Below, piece after piece: positions 17,095 through 26,901 of a DNA stretch of 64,000 nt (position 1 is the first letter of the stretch; every line of letters begins with the position of its first letter). Below the pieces are notes generated by a model, which was given only the letters and a program-made list of their open reading frames with translations, did not search any database and was not told the origin of the DNA. This stretch comes from Candidatus Gastranaerophilales bacterium (GTDB taxonomy: Bacteria > Cyanobacteriota > Vampirovibrionia > Gastranaerophilales > JAILCC01), in NCBI GenBank assembly GCA_028696075.1, contig JAQVHS010000001.1, positions 194,408-258,407 on the forward strand, written 5' to 3'. Made by a program: the position numbers and the translations under genes.

Positions 17095-17715
17095 ATGTCA
17101 AAAAAAGGGTTGTTTATTACGTTTGAGGGTGCGGACGGTTCAGGGAAAACCACACAGGTTAACAAAGTAAAAGAATATTTGGAAAACAAAGGGTACAAAT
17201 GCCTTTTAACGCGTGAACCCGGCGGAAGCGAACTTGGTGCGGAGATAAGGAAAATTTTGCTTCATTATGACGGTTATGTAGATTCACTTTGCGAACTTTT
17301 GCTTTATATGGCAGACAGGGCGCAGCACGTCAAAACTGTTATCATCCCCGCGATAGAGCGTGGCGAAATTGTACTTTGCGACCGCCATACAGATTCTTCT
17401 GTTGCCTATCAGGGCTACGGACGCGGGCTTGATATAGAGCGGATTGTAAAACTCAATGAGATAGCAACAGACGGTTTAGTCCCCGATTTAACTATTTTGT
17501 ACGATGTAGAAACAGACACAGCTATGACAAGAGTCGGTGAAACCAAAGACCGGCTTGAACAAGAGGGATATGCCTTTCATAAAAAATTAAGGTTAGGATA
17601 TCTTGAACTGGCAAAAAGGTTTGCTCAGCGGTTCGAAATTATAGACGCCAATAAAAACATAGACGAAGTATTTGAACAAACAAAAAAAATCATTAATAAA
17701 AAATTAGAGCAATAA
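17095..17715 (+). CDS. tmk: thymidylate kinase
   Basis: FITFEGADGSGKTTQ P-loop, TREPGG, and DRH..SSVAYQG (DRY-like) motifs. Confidence 0.9.
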   Translation: MSKKGLFITFEGADGSGKTTQVNKVKEYLENKGYKCLLTREPGGSELGAEIRKILLHYDGYVDSLCELLLYMADRAQHVKTVIIPAIERGEIVLCDRHTDSSVAYQGYGRGLDIERIVKLNEIATDGLVPDLTILYDVETDTAMTRVGETKDRLEQEGYAFHKKLRLGYLELAKRFAQRFEIIDANKNIDEVFEQTKKIINKKLEQ

Positions 17716-17724
17716 GCTTTTGCT

Positions 17725-17753
17725 GTGACAATTTTTCTGTAATGTTATATAAT
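17725..17753 (+). promoter_or_regulatory. sigma-70-like promoter candidate GTGACA-N17-TATAAT
   Basis: GTGACA 17725-17730, 17-nt spacer, TATAAT 17748-17753. Ends 7 nt before the fliI-like start, so the transcript would be almost leaderless or the start lies further in. Uncertain. Confidence 0.35.
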
Positions 17754-17760
17754 TTTAGGT

Positions 17761-19116
17761 ATGAGTGTGCAATCTAATCAAAAAACTTCTGTAGAAGAAA
17801 TCAAACAACGGACTTCTCAAATCCTCAAAGATACTTCGCTTTATGACTACAAAGGCAGTGTATCAAAGCTTTTGGGTTTAACTGTAGAGGTAAAACTTCC
17901 GGGTCTGAAAATCGGTGACCTTTGCTATATAGAAACGCAGGCAGGCGAAAAAAAGCCCGCCGAGGTTGTTGCTTTTAAAGGCGATGTAGCGCAGCTTTTG
18001 CTTTTATATGACGGAACCGGAATAGGGCAGGGAAGTTTGGTATCAAGTACAAGACAGCCGGTTATTATTCCGGTTGGCGATTTTTTGCTTGGCAGACTTA
18101 TAAATCCGTTAGGTGAACCGTTGGACGGCAGACCTCTAAATACCACGGGCGCGCAATGGGTAAGCATAGAAAACTCTCCGCCGGACGCATTTAACCGCCC
18201 CATCATTACAAAAACTTTTTCTACGGGAGTCAGGGCTATAGACTCTGTTCTAACCTTCGGCGCAGGGCAGCGTATGGGCTTATTTGCGGGTTCAGGAGTG
18301 GGGAAAAGTACTATGCTTGGTATGATTGCAAGAAACTCCGAAGCCGATGTCAATGTTATGGCGCTTATCGGAGAACGCGGCAGGGAAGTAAAAGAGTTTA
18401 TAGAAAACAGCCTTGGTGAAGAAGGCATGAAAAAATCCGTCCTTGTCTGCTCTACAGGAGACCAGCCACCTTTAATCAGAATGAAAGCCCTTTTGACTGC
18501 GACGGCTGTGTGTGAGTATTTTAGAGATCAGGGCAAAAAAGTATTTTTAATGACGGATACAATAACAAGATGTGCGATGGCAGGCAGAGAGGTCGGGCTT
18601 TCTATCGGTGAGCCTCCTACTATGAAAGGTTATCCGCCTTCAATTTTCTCATGGCTTCAAAAAGCGCTCGAGCGTACGGGAACAAGTCCAAAAGGCTCTA
18701 TAACCGCCTTTTATACAGTATTGATGGAGGGCGAAGATATTAATGACCCTGTAGTAGATACCGTCAGAGGTATTGTAGACGGACACGTATTTTTAAACAG
18801 AAGGGTTGCCGAAATGAACCATTATCCGGCGATTGATATTTTGGGCAGTATAAGCAGACTTTTTACGGAAATCACTGACAGAGAACAGCAGGAAGCTGCC
18901 GCCAAACTCAGGACGCTTCTTGCAGTTTACCGCGACAGTAAGGACTTAATCGATGTAGGTATGTATCAACCCGGGTCTAACCCTAAGCTTGATATAGCTA
19001 TTGAAATGATGCCTAATATAAACAGGTTTTTGCAGCAAAGCGTTAAAGACAGCGTTAGTATGGAAAGCACTACACAAACGCTCAAAGATATGATGAGAGA
19101 TGTGCATATATATTAG
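17761..19116 (+). CDS. fliI: flagellar/type III secretion export ATPase
   Basis: FliI/YscN-type sequence: GLFAGSGVGKSTMLGMIARN Walker A, ALIGERGREVKEFIE, VFLMTDTITRCAMAGREV Walker B region, and C-terminal ...YPAIDILGSISR. Confidence 0.85.
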   Translation: MSVQSNQKTSVEEIKQRTSQILKDTSLYDYKGSVSKLLGLTVEVKLPGLKIGDLCYIETQAGEKKPAEVVAFKGDVAQLLLLYDGTGIGQGSLVSSTRQPVIIPVGDFLLGRLINPLGEPLDGRPLNTTGAQWVSIENSPPDAFNRPIITKTFSTGVRAIDSVLTFGAGQRMGLFAGSGVGKSTMLGMIARNSEADVNVMALIGERGREVKEFIENSLGEEGMKKSVLVCSTGDQPPLIRMKALLTATAVCEYFRDQGKKVFLMTDTITRCAMAGREVGLSIGEPPTMKGYPPSIFSWLQKALERTGTSPKGSITAFYTVLMEGEDINDPVVDTVRGIVDGHVFLNRRVAEMNHYPAIDILGSISRLFTEITDREQQEAAAKLRTLLAVYRDSKDLIDVGMYQPGSNPKLDIAIEMMPNINRFLQQSVKDSVSMESTTQTLKDMMRDVHIY

Positions 19117-19131
19117 TAGAAAGAGGAATTA

Positions 19132-19989
19132 ATGAATATCAATCAGGAGTACAAAATTTTATCATTTTCAACATCTGAAACGAAAATGAAAAAAACTATG
19201 GGGAATTTAACGTTAGAAGCGGTTGAATCAGGCGAAATTTTTAACGCAAAGCTTTGGGAAGAAGATTTAAACAAATACGAAAAAAGATATTTCAAGGCCA
19301 ATAATATAGTATACGTTGAGGAAGGCACATATTCAGAACAGTACAAAAATCTGATAATAAAAAGAATGACCCTTGTAAAAGAAACGCTTGCAGGCTTGTC
19401 AAAAACGCAAGTTGATGAGCTTTTTACACATTTAACAGGGGTTATTGATTTAATAAAAAACGACGGTTATCGTTTAGCCTTGAAAGAACTTTATTTAGAA
19501 TATGAAGACCTTTTAAAAATCGCGCCCGCAGCCAAAAACAACCACCATAATTATGTAGGCGGTTTAATTGAACATATATCGGAGTGTGTCTGCATTGCAA
19601 AGGCTAATTTTGATTGTTTTATACGTCCTGTTGATGAAGATTTAATAATTACAGCCTGTTTAATGCACGATTTTGGGAAAATTTTTGAATACAAAATTGA
19701 TGTTGAATCAGGGTTTGTCGAAGTGGACGAAAGTTTTATCAAACGCTGGGTGAGCCATACGCAGTACGGTTTTGCGTGGGCTAATCAAAACGAATTTTAT
19801 GACCTTGCAAGAATTATAGCAGGACACCACGGACGCAAAGACTGGGGCGCCATTATTGACCTGGACGAAAAAAATCTTGAGCCTGAAATTTATTTAATGC
19901 ATCATATCGATGATATTTCAGCAAAATTCGGCGCTATTACAACAGCGGATATTGAAAATATTAAAGAAGTTGGGCAGCTGGGAAGCTGA
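19132..19989 (+). CDS. OB-fold plus HD-domain phosphohydrolase (YhaM-like 3'-5' exoribonuclease family)
   Basis: NHHNYVGGLIEHISECV and LMHDFGKI / GHHGRKDWGA HD-domain motifs, with an N-terminal OB-like region. The last 8 codons and the stop lie in an intergenic-type repeat. Confidence 0.6.
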   Translation: MNINQEYKILSFSTSETKMKKTMGNLTLEAVESGEIFNAKLWEEDLNKYEKRYFKANNIVYVEEGTYSEQYKNLIIKRMTLVKETLAGLSKTQVDELFTHLTGVIDLIKNDGYRLALKELYLEYEDLLKIAPAAKNNHHNYVGGLIEHISECVCIAKANFDCFIRPVDEDLIITACLMHDFGKIFEYKIDVESGFVEVDESFIKRWVSHTQYGFAWANQNEFYDLARIIAGHHGRKDWGAIIDLDEKNLEPEIYLMHHIDDISAKFGAITTADIENIKEVGQLGS

Positions 19990-20120
19990 GCAGCTGAGAG
20001 TTTAAGAGGTGAAGGGCTTAAGAGTTGTCATAGCAAAAAAAGCTGTCATACTGAACTTGGTTCAGTATCTATCCATACCTATTGGTAAGATGCTTATCTT
20101 GCTTCGCTTCTCGACATAAC
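19966..20120 (+). repeat. copy of the modular AGCTGRGA / ttaagaggtgaa / hairpin repeat family
   Basis: gaagttgggcagctgggaagctgagcagctgagagtttaagaggtgaagggcttaagagttgtcat...gtcatactgaacttggttcagtatc. Same word order as the loci at 15490, 42033, 52878, 53181 and 53428. Confidence 0.75.
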
Positions 20121-20137
20121 AGCTTATGCAGGTTGGG

Positions 20138-20455
20138 CTATTTGCCTTCTGAATAAGCATCACTTTCTTTGGAATAGTTTAAATTGCTGTCTAAAAACTT
20201 ATAAAAATTACTATTGCGTAACTCTGCATCATCATATTTAAAATTAGAAGTTCCTTGGGAAGAAGGCTTTTCCTGCTTTATAACCTTTTTATTTGCAGCC
20301 TCTTTTTCATATTTCATTTCATTTTTTTGCGCTCTTTGCATAAACAGCTCCTGTCTGTCAGGAGTTATATTTACCTGCCTTATTTTTGCCGCAGTATCAG
20401 CAAAAGCAGGTATTGCAGCAGCAAATATAAATACTAATAAAAATAGTTTTTTCAT
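20138..20455 (-). CDS. small secreted protein (signal peptide), hypothetical
   Basis: MKKLFLLVFIFAAAIPAFA-DT signal peptide, then a Lys/Glu-rich mature part. TTGAAA-N17-TAAAAT promoter-like sequence upstream (about 20482-20510 on the minus strand). Confidence 0.55.
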   Translation of the reverse strand: MKKLFLLVFIFAAAIPAFADTAAKIRQVNITPDRQELFMQRAQKNEMKYEKEAANKKVIKQEKPSSQGTSNFKYDDAELRNSNFYKFLDSNLNYSKESDAYSEGK

Positions 20456-20743
20456 AACATATCTTTTTAACTGACAGGATAATTTTACAATATTTACACC
20501 TGCTTTTCAAATAGTCTTTGGAGGATTTTTATTTACAAAACTTTATATTTTTTAAATCGTGAAAAATTGCAAGATTATTTGTAAAAATTCCAATTTCTCT
20601 CGCTATTAGTGATATTGTAAAAGTTTTATGTTAGAATGTTATCCATGCTGCAAAATATCTTTTTCCAAAAAATTTGTAGTTTTACATATTCGTATTAAAA
20701 TAAAGTGATATGCTCTATAGTTAAATGAGAAGGAAAAATAAAT

Positions 20744-22438
20744 ATGACATTACCAAAAGTTGCGTATTTTTCGATGGAGATGGCTTTAGACCAATCTCTT
20801 AGCACATATTCAGGGGGTTTAGGGTTTTTGGCAGGCAGCCATATGCAATCAGCAGGTTATTTGGGATTACCTATGGTTGGTGTAACATTTTTATGGTCTT
20901 TCGGCTACTATGACCAAAGAATTGATCAAAATAACAACGTTGAAGTTGCTTATTTAAGAAAACATTATGACTTCTTGACGGATACAAATATTACCGTAGA
21001 TGTCGAAGTTTTCGGACAAAATGTAAAAGTAAAAGCTTACAAAGTAGAGCCTCAATTATTCGGTACCTGTCCTGTTTATCTGTTAACTACCGATATTCCA
21101 GAAAACCCCGAAGAAATCAGAAAAATTTCTCACAGACTTTATGACGGAAACGAAAAAATCAGGGTAAGCCAGGAAATTATACTGGGTATTGCGGGTGTAA
21201 GAGTGCTTTTAACAGCAGGTTATAATTTTGATACACTTCATATGAACGAAGGACATGCACTTCCTGCAGCATTTGAACTTTTAAGAATGTATAACGGCAA
21301 TCTTGATAAAGTTAAAGAAAAAACCGTATTTACAACTCATACCCCTGTTGCGGCAGGTAACGAAGTTCACAAAGTTGATTTACTTTATGAAGCAGGATTT
21401 TTTGCAGGAACTTCAAAAGAAACCGCTATAAGACTTGGCGGCGAAGATTTCTCTTTAACCGTTGCAGCGCTTAGGATGAGCAGAATTGCTAATGCCGTAT
21501 CACAACTGCATGGACTTGTTTCTAACAAAATGTGGCAATGGGTTGAAGGCAAGTGTCCTATCACAGCTATTACCAACGCTGTTAACCTGCACTATTGGCA
21601 AGATGAAAGAATCGGGCAGGCTAAAACTTTTGAAGATTTGTTATCAGCTAAAATTGAAATGAAAAAAGAATTGTTCAAATACATTGCAAGTACTACCGGA
21701 AAAATGTTTGACCCTAACGTACTTACAATTACCTGGGCAAGAAGATTTGCCGATTATAAGAGAGCCTGGTTAATTCTGATGGACAGAGACAGAATTTCCA
21801 AACTTCTTAACGAAAATAAAATTCAACTTATTTTTTCGGGTAAATTCCACCCGGATGATACTATGGGACGTGAAATGTTTAACAACATTCTTCACCAGTC
21901 AAACGAACTTAAGAATGTTGTAGTCCTTCCAAACTACGAACTTGAACTTAGTGCGTTGTTGAAAAAAGGTACCGACGTTTGGTTGAACACTCCTTTAAGA
22001 CCGTTTGAAGCTTCAGGTACGTCAGGTATGTCAGCTAATATGAACGGCGCAATCCACCTGTCTATCTATGACGGTTGGACTGTTGAGGGTACATTTAACG
22101 GTATTAACGGTTACAGTGTTGAATATCCCGGCTTGGATGATGATATTCCATGGGAAGAAAGACACTGGAAAGACCACGAATATATTATGAACGTAATTGA
22201 AAAAGATATTATTCCTACATATTACGAAGATAAAAACCGCTGGGCGTACTTGTTGCGTCAGGCTGTAAGAATTTCTGAAGGTTACTTCAACTCTGACAGA
22301 ATGGTTATTGAATACTATAATAGACTATATAAACCCATAGCTCACAGAGATGGCAGCAACCCTGATTATGCCGATGAGGATTTGCAAGAAGAATCAAAAG
22401 CTAATTTGGATGCATGGACATACTCTAATATTAAATAG
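20744..22438 (+). CDS. alpha-glucan phosphorylase family (GT35) homolog; PLP-lysine position is Ser
   Basis: AYFSMEMAL....YSGGLGFLAGSH N-terminus and WLNTPLRPFEASGTSGMSANMNGA...YDGW core are typical of alpha-glucan family phosphorylases. The usual ...GTSGMK... reads GTSGMS here. Confidence 0.8.
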   Translation: MTLPKVAYFSMEMALDQSLSTYSGGLGFLAGSHMQSAGYLGLPMVGVTFLWSFGYYDQRIDQNNNVEVAYLRKHYDFLTDTNITVDVEVFGQNVKVKAYKVEPQLFGTCPVYLLTTDIPENPEEIRKISHRLYDGNEKIRVSQEIILGIAGVRVLLTAGYNFDTLHMNEGHALPAAFELLRMYNGNLDKVKEKTVFTTHTPVAAGNEVHKVDLLYEAGFFAGTSKETAIRLGGEDFSLTVAALRMSRIANAVSQLHGLVSNKMWQWVEGKCPITAITNAVNLHYWQDERIGQAKTFEDLLSAKIEMKKELFKYIASTTGKMFDPNVLTITWARRFADYKRAWLILMDRDRISKLLNENKIQLIFSGKFHPDDTMGREMFNNILHQSNELKNVVVLPNYELELSALLKKGTDVWLNTPLRPFEASGTSGMSANMNGAIHLSIYDGWTVEGTFNGINGYSVEYPGLDDDIPWEERHWKDHEYIMNVIEKDIIPTYYEDKNRWAYLLRQAVRISEGYFNSDRMVIEYYNRLYKPIAHRDGSNPDYADEDLQEESKANLDAWTYSNIK

Positions 22439-22456
22439 TTTGTTTTTAATCAAATT

Positions 22457-22494
22457 AAAAAATCCCTTGAACCTGTGTTTAGGGGATTTTTTTG
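22457..22494 (+). terminator. rho-independent terminator
   Basis: AAAAAATCCCT-(13 nt)-AGGGGATTTTTTTG directly after the stop of the phosphorylase-like gene. Confidence 0.7.
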
Positions 22495-22533
22495 TACTTT
22501 GCATAAAAATAAGTGTGTGTTATTTTAATATTT

Positions 22534-23673
22534 ATGAACAAAGAACAAAAATATTGGCTTGCATTTGCAAAGACTGACGGCATAGGGAGTATGACCCTGT
22601 CTGATATATATAAGAAATTCGGCAGTATGAAAGAAGCCTGGGAGGCTTCAACAGCAGATTGGCTTGCCTCCGCAATGGTTTTAACCGCTTCTTATGAAGA
22701 ACCTGAAAAGGTTTGTAGGTTAAAACTCGCTACCATAGAAAAATTCAAACAAAAACAAAAAGAGATTGATATCGAAGCCTTGGAAAAAGAGCTTTTAAAA
22801 AAAGAAGTAAAATTTATAACTATTTTAGACAAAAGCTATCCGCCTATTCTAAAGCAAATTTACAACCCGCCTGCAACATTGTTTTATAAAGGTAATTTTC
22901 CTAAAATAAATTTAGAATTCGCTCTTGCTGCAGTAGGCAGCAGAAATTGCAGTTTTAACGCTGTAGAAAGCACAAAATCAATTATCAGCGAACTTAACGG
23001 CAGCGATTTGACAATAGTCAGCGGCGGCGCCAAAGGCATTGATACGGTTTCCCATGAAGCGGCGCTTAATGCCGGGTTAAAAACAATAGCTGTCTTAGGC
23101 GGCGGATTTGATAACTTGTACCCTAAATCTAATGCAAAACTTTTTGAAAGAATTGTTAAAGCGGGAGGAGCATTAGTCAGCGAATACCATCCCTGTGTTT
23201 TCCCCGAAGCGTTCAGATTTCCGTTAAGAAACCGTATTATAAGCGGATTATCCAAAGGTACGCTTGTATCTGAAGCAGGTGAAAAAAGCGGAGCGTTAAT
23301 CACGGCAAGGCTGTGTTTGGAACAAAATCGCGAATTAATGTGTTTGCCGGGAATAATTTCAAACCCCAATACGTATGGCACGCACAAACTATTGAAAGAC
23401 GGCGCCGGACTTGTTACTTGCGGAGCGGATATTTTGAACTATATGGGATGGGAAGAAAAAAATACCACTTGCGTTAATAATCAGGCTGTTGTAGACTTAA
23501 CCGAAGAAGAGAAAATTGTTTATGACATAATAAGCTTGGAACCGTCGGGTTCTGACAAAATCATAAGTCTGACAAAATTTGATGTCGGTGATGTAATGGT
23601 CATTTTGACAACATTGGAACTAAAGGGAGTAATTAAACAATTACCCGGTGAAACATATATGAGAATTAATTAA
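22534..23673 (+). CDS. dprA: DNA processing protein DprA/Smf
   Basis: ATG 22534 (MNKEQKYWLAF); the track start 22513 is less likely. SGGAKGIDTVSHEAAL Rossmann-like core and a C-terminal winged-helix-like domain. Confidence 0.85.
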   Translation: MNKEQKYWLAFAKTDGIGSMTLSDIYKKFGSMKEAWEASTADWLASAMVLTASYEEPEKVCRLKLATIEKFKQKQKEIDIEALEKELLKKEVKFITILDKSYPPILKQIYNPPATLFYKGNFPKINLEFALAAVGSRNCSFNAVESTKSIISELNGSDLTIVSGGAKGIDTVSHEAALNAGLKTIAVLGGGFDNLYPKSNAKLFERIVKAGGALVSEYHPCVFPEAFRFPLRNRIISGLSKGTLVSEAGEKSGALITARLCLEQNRELMCLPGIISNPNTYGTHKLLKDGAGLVTCGADILNYMGWEEKNTTCVNNQAVVDLTEEEKIVYDIISLEPSGSDKIISLTKFDVGDVMVILTTLELKGVIKQLPGETYMRIN

Positions 23674-25988
23674 TGGCAACAAAAGAGAGCAAAAAAACAA
23701 CTAAAGTAAAAACAACCAAAGAGCCTGCGGCCCCAAAGGATAACTATCTTGTAATAGTAGAGTCGCCTGCAAAATCCAAAACCATTAACAAAATGCTCGG
23801 CAGCAATTACAAAATTTTAGCAAGTTACGGGCATATCAGAGATTTTCCCAAAAAAGTTTTGGGAGTAGATGTGAAAAACAACTTTGAACCCGTGTTCGAA
23901 GTTATCCCTGATAAAAAGAAAGTAGTAGCAGAACTTAGCAAAAATGCGAAAAAAGCTTCCAAAATTTATCTTGCCCCCGACCCTGACCGTGAGGGAGAAG
24001 CCATAGCCTGGCATATTGCACAGGTTTTGGATGTAGATGATTCTAAAATTTTGCGTATAGAATTTAATGAAATAACCCAAAAAGCGATTACAGAAGCTGT
24101 TAACCACCCTCGCGATATTGATATGAACAGGGTAAAAGCACAGCAGACAAGGCAAATTTTAGACAGAGTGGTCGGTTATAAAATAAGCCCCGTTCTTTGG
24201 AAAAAATTAAGCAATAACAGGCTTTCGGCAGGGCGTGTACAAAGTGTAGCCCTTCGTCTGATTTGCGAAAGAGAAGAAGAAATAGAAGCTTTTGTTACGC
24301 AGGAATATTGGAAAATTTCCGCCGACTTAAGCAAAGTTAAATCAACTGCCCAATTTAGTGCTGAATTAGTTAAGTTTCAAGGCAATAAAATAGAGATAAA
24401 TAACGAAGAAGAAGCCAAAAAAATCACCGATGCACTGGAAGCTAAAGGCGTAGAATTTAAAGTTTCCAAAACAACAAAAAAAGAATCCCAAAGAAACCCT
24501 CAGGCGCCTTTTATTACAAGCACCCTGCAAAGAGAAGCCAGCAACCGTTTAGGCTATGGCGTAGCAAAGACAATGCAGATTGCACAAAAGCTCTATGAAG
24601 GTATTGAATTGGGCGCTGAAGGTCCTGTCGGCCTTATCACCTATATGAGAACCGACAGTACAAGAATTTCAGATGATGCTCAAGCTGCGGCAAAAGACTT
24701 TATAGAGAGCCGCTACGGCAAGGAATATTACCCTAAAACACCAAGAGTGTATAAGAAAAAAGGCAAAAATGTTCAGGACGCTCACGAAGCTGTCAGACCT
24801 TCCTATGTGGAAAGAACTCCGCAATCGCTTAAAGCGTATCTTACATCAGAACAATTTAAGCTGTATAAGCTTATTTGGGATAAATTTATGGCAAGCCAGA
24901 TGGAAAGCGCAAGAGTTGAAAATAAAGCTGTAGAGATTGACGCGCTTGATTATACTTTCAGAATGAGTGCAAGCAAAATTTTATTTAACGGATTTTTGGC
25001 GGTATATGATGACAGAGAAGAAGACGAGCAGGATTCAAGCATCCCTGATTTAGAAAAAGACGATAAACTTGTACTTCGCAAGCTCAACCCTACGCAACAT
25101 TTTACGCAACCTCCGCCGCGTTATTCGGAAGCCAGTCTTGTTAAAGTACTGGAAGAAAAAGGAATAGGACGACCAAGTACCTATGCGCCTATTATTTCTA
25201 AAATCCAGCAAAAAACATATATAGAAAAGATTGAAAAATCACTTCGTCCGACACTTCTGGGCAAAACTGTTAACACCCAGCTGATAAACCATTTCGGCAA
25301 CATTGTTGACTACAATTTCACGGCTAATATGGAGCAAACTTTGGACGAGATTGCAGAGGATAAAGCGGAATGGAAAAAAGTAATTCATGATTTTTACACA
25401 CCGTTTATTGAAATTGTTAATAAAGCCGATGAAAATATGGAAAAAGTAAAAATCGTATCAGATGTAAAATGCCCTAACTGCGGCAAAGATATGCTTGTCA
25501 AAACAAGCCGCTGGGGAACACAATTTTTAGGCTGCAGCGGATATCCGGAGTGCAAAACTATGCTGCCGATGACGGCTCAAAACGGGGAGGCAGCAGCAGA
25601 ATCTGTACAAGAGCAGGTCAGCGAAGAAAAATGCGCTAAATGCGGCGGTGATATGGTTGTAAAGCACGGACCTTACGGACAGTATTTGCAATGCGTTGAT
25701 GAAAATTGTAAAAACAGGCAAAAAATAGTTGTAAAAACAGGTGTAAAATGTCCCAAGGACGGTTGTAGCGGAGAAATTATACAGAAGAAATCACGCTACG
25801 GAAAAATATTCTATGCCTGCAATAAATACCCCGATTGCGATTTCGCATTATGGAATTTGCCTACCGGTGAAAAATGCCCGAAATGCGGCGCACTGTTGGT
25901 AAAAAAATTCCTAAAAAGCGGTGAAAAAATAGAATGTTCATCGAAAACATGTGATTATAAACAAACAGTATCGCGGGAAGAAAAATAA
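23673..25988 (+). CDS. topA: DNA topoisomerase I with four C-terminal zinc ribbons
   Basis: TAATG overlap with dprA. Toprim LVIVESPAKSKTI. Active-site GLITYMRTDS. Four CxxC...CxxC modules at the C-terminus. Confidence 0.95.
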   Translation: MATKESKKTTKVKTTKEPAAPKDNYLVIVESPAKSKTINKMLGSNYKILASYGHIRDFPKKVLGVDVKNNFEPVFEVIPDKKKVVAELSKNAKKASKIYLAPDPDREGEAIAWHIAQVLDVDDSKILRIEFNEITQKAITEAVNHPRDIDMNRVKAQQTRQILDRVVGYKISPVLWKKLSNNRLSAGRVQSVALRLICEREEEIEAFVTQEYWKISADLSKVKSTAQFSAELVKFQGNKIEINNEEEAKKITDALEAKGVEFKVSKTTKKESQRNPQAPFITSTLQREASNRLGYGVAKTMQIAQKLYEGIELGAEGPVGLITYMRTDSTRISDDAQAAAKDFIESRYGKEYYPKTPRVYKKKGKNVQDAHEAVRPSYVERTPQSLKAYLTSEQFKLYKLIWDKFMASQMESARVENKAVEIDALDYTFRMSASKILFNGFLAVYDDREEDEQDSSIPDLEKDDKLVLRKLNPTQHFTQPPPRYSEASLVKVLEEKGIGRPSTYAPIISKIQQKTYIEKIEKSLRPTLLGKTVNTQLINHFGNIVDYNFTANMEQTLDEIAEDKAEWKKVIHDFYTPFIEIVNKADENMEKVKIVSDVKCPNCGKDMLVKTSRWGTQFLGCSGYPECKTMLPMTAQNGEAAAESVQEQVSEEKCAKCGGDMVVKHGPYGQYLQCVDENCKNRQKIVVKTGVKCPKDGCSGEIIQKKSRYGKIFYACNKYPDCDFALWNLPTGEKCPKCGALLVKKFLKSGEKIECSSKTCDYKQTVSREEK

Positions 25989-26034
25989 AGTTCCGGGTCT
26001 GTTTAATTATTTTGAAATTTGACCTAAGGGTTGA

Positions 26035-26847
26035 TTAACCGATTTTAGTAAAGGTGTTATACAGATTGTTCAGTTCTTTAAAGTTATTCGCCTTCAAGCA
26101 GGTTGTTAAATATTGTGAGCTGTAAGCAGAGCATGCATCACCGTTAAAATCATATCTGCCCAAAGACAACAGCCCGTTTTTCGGCATTTTGGACGCAATC
26201 GTTTCTATCAGTGCAGAACGTTTTGCCTGAGGCAAATACGGTAAAAAATTCCTTGCCAGAACAATTGAAGGTATCGGATTATTCTGAGCTACCGCGAGCG
26301 CATCTGCCCGAGCAAATTGCACCGTATCTTTGACAACGTCGCGCAGTTCGAAATAACCGCTTTTACGGGATGCCTTGTTAACTTCAACAGATTTTTTAAA
26401 AAAATCACCCATCGTAAGATTTTTTAAATTTTTTAAACTTAAAATTATATCGATATAATCAATAAATAATATCCCTTTTTTGGCTTTTGCAATCATGTCA
26501 TTATCAACGTCATTGGCCATTATAGGAAAATATTTTTTTGCCTGATTTAATCCTAATCTATCGATTAATATCATTGCAAGAGAATAAGGTTCAGAACCGT
26601 CTGAGCAGGCAAAGCTTCTTATTTTGGTGCCATCGGGAAATTTTTGTATTATATAGTCTGCTGCTTTGCTCCAATCCAAATCACATCTGAAAAAATTGCT
26701 GTTATTCCTATAAAGCATTTCTCCTGCAGGAGTTGTAACTATTCTGGTAATACTTCCAAAAGACGTATTATTCACGGCAGCTGTATTTTCCTGCTTTTTG
26801 GCAGACAATTGAGATACATTATAAGGTTTAAAAAAATTAACTTGCAT
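26035..26847 (-). CDS. CheR-like SAM-dependent methyltransferase
   Basis: ATG 26847 with GAGG 8 nt upstream; the track start is TTG 26859. IRSFACSDGSEPYSLAMIL resembles the CheR IWSAGCSTGEEPYS motif. The N-terminal 60 aa are not CheR-like. Confidence 0.55.
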   Translation of the reverse strand: MQVNFFKPYNVSQLSAKKQENTAAVNNTSFGSITRIVTTPAGEMLYRNNSNFFRCDLDWSKAADYIIQKFPDGTKIRSFACSDGSEPYSLAMILIDRLGLNQAKKYFPIMANDVDNDMIAKAKKGILFIDYIDIILSLKNLKNLTMGDFFKKSVEVNKASRKSGYFELRDVVKDTVQFARADALAVAQNNPIPSIVLARNFLPYLPQAKRSALIETIASKMPKNGLLSLGRYDFNGDACSAYSSQYLTTCLKANNFKELNNLYNTFTKIG

Positions 26848-26901
26848 AACTAACCTCAATCATATAAATCTCAAGATAAAAAAAATTTGTTATGCAATAT
26901 G

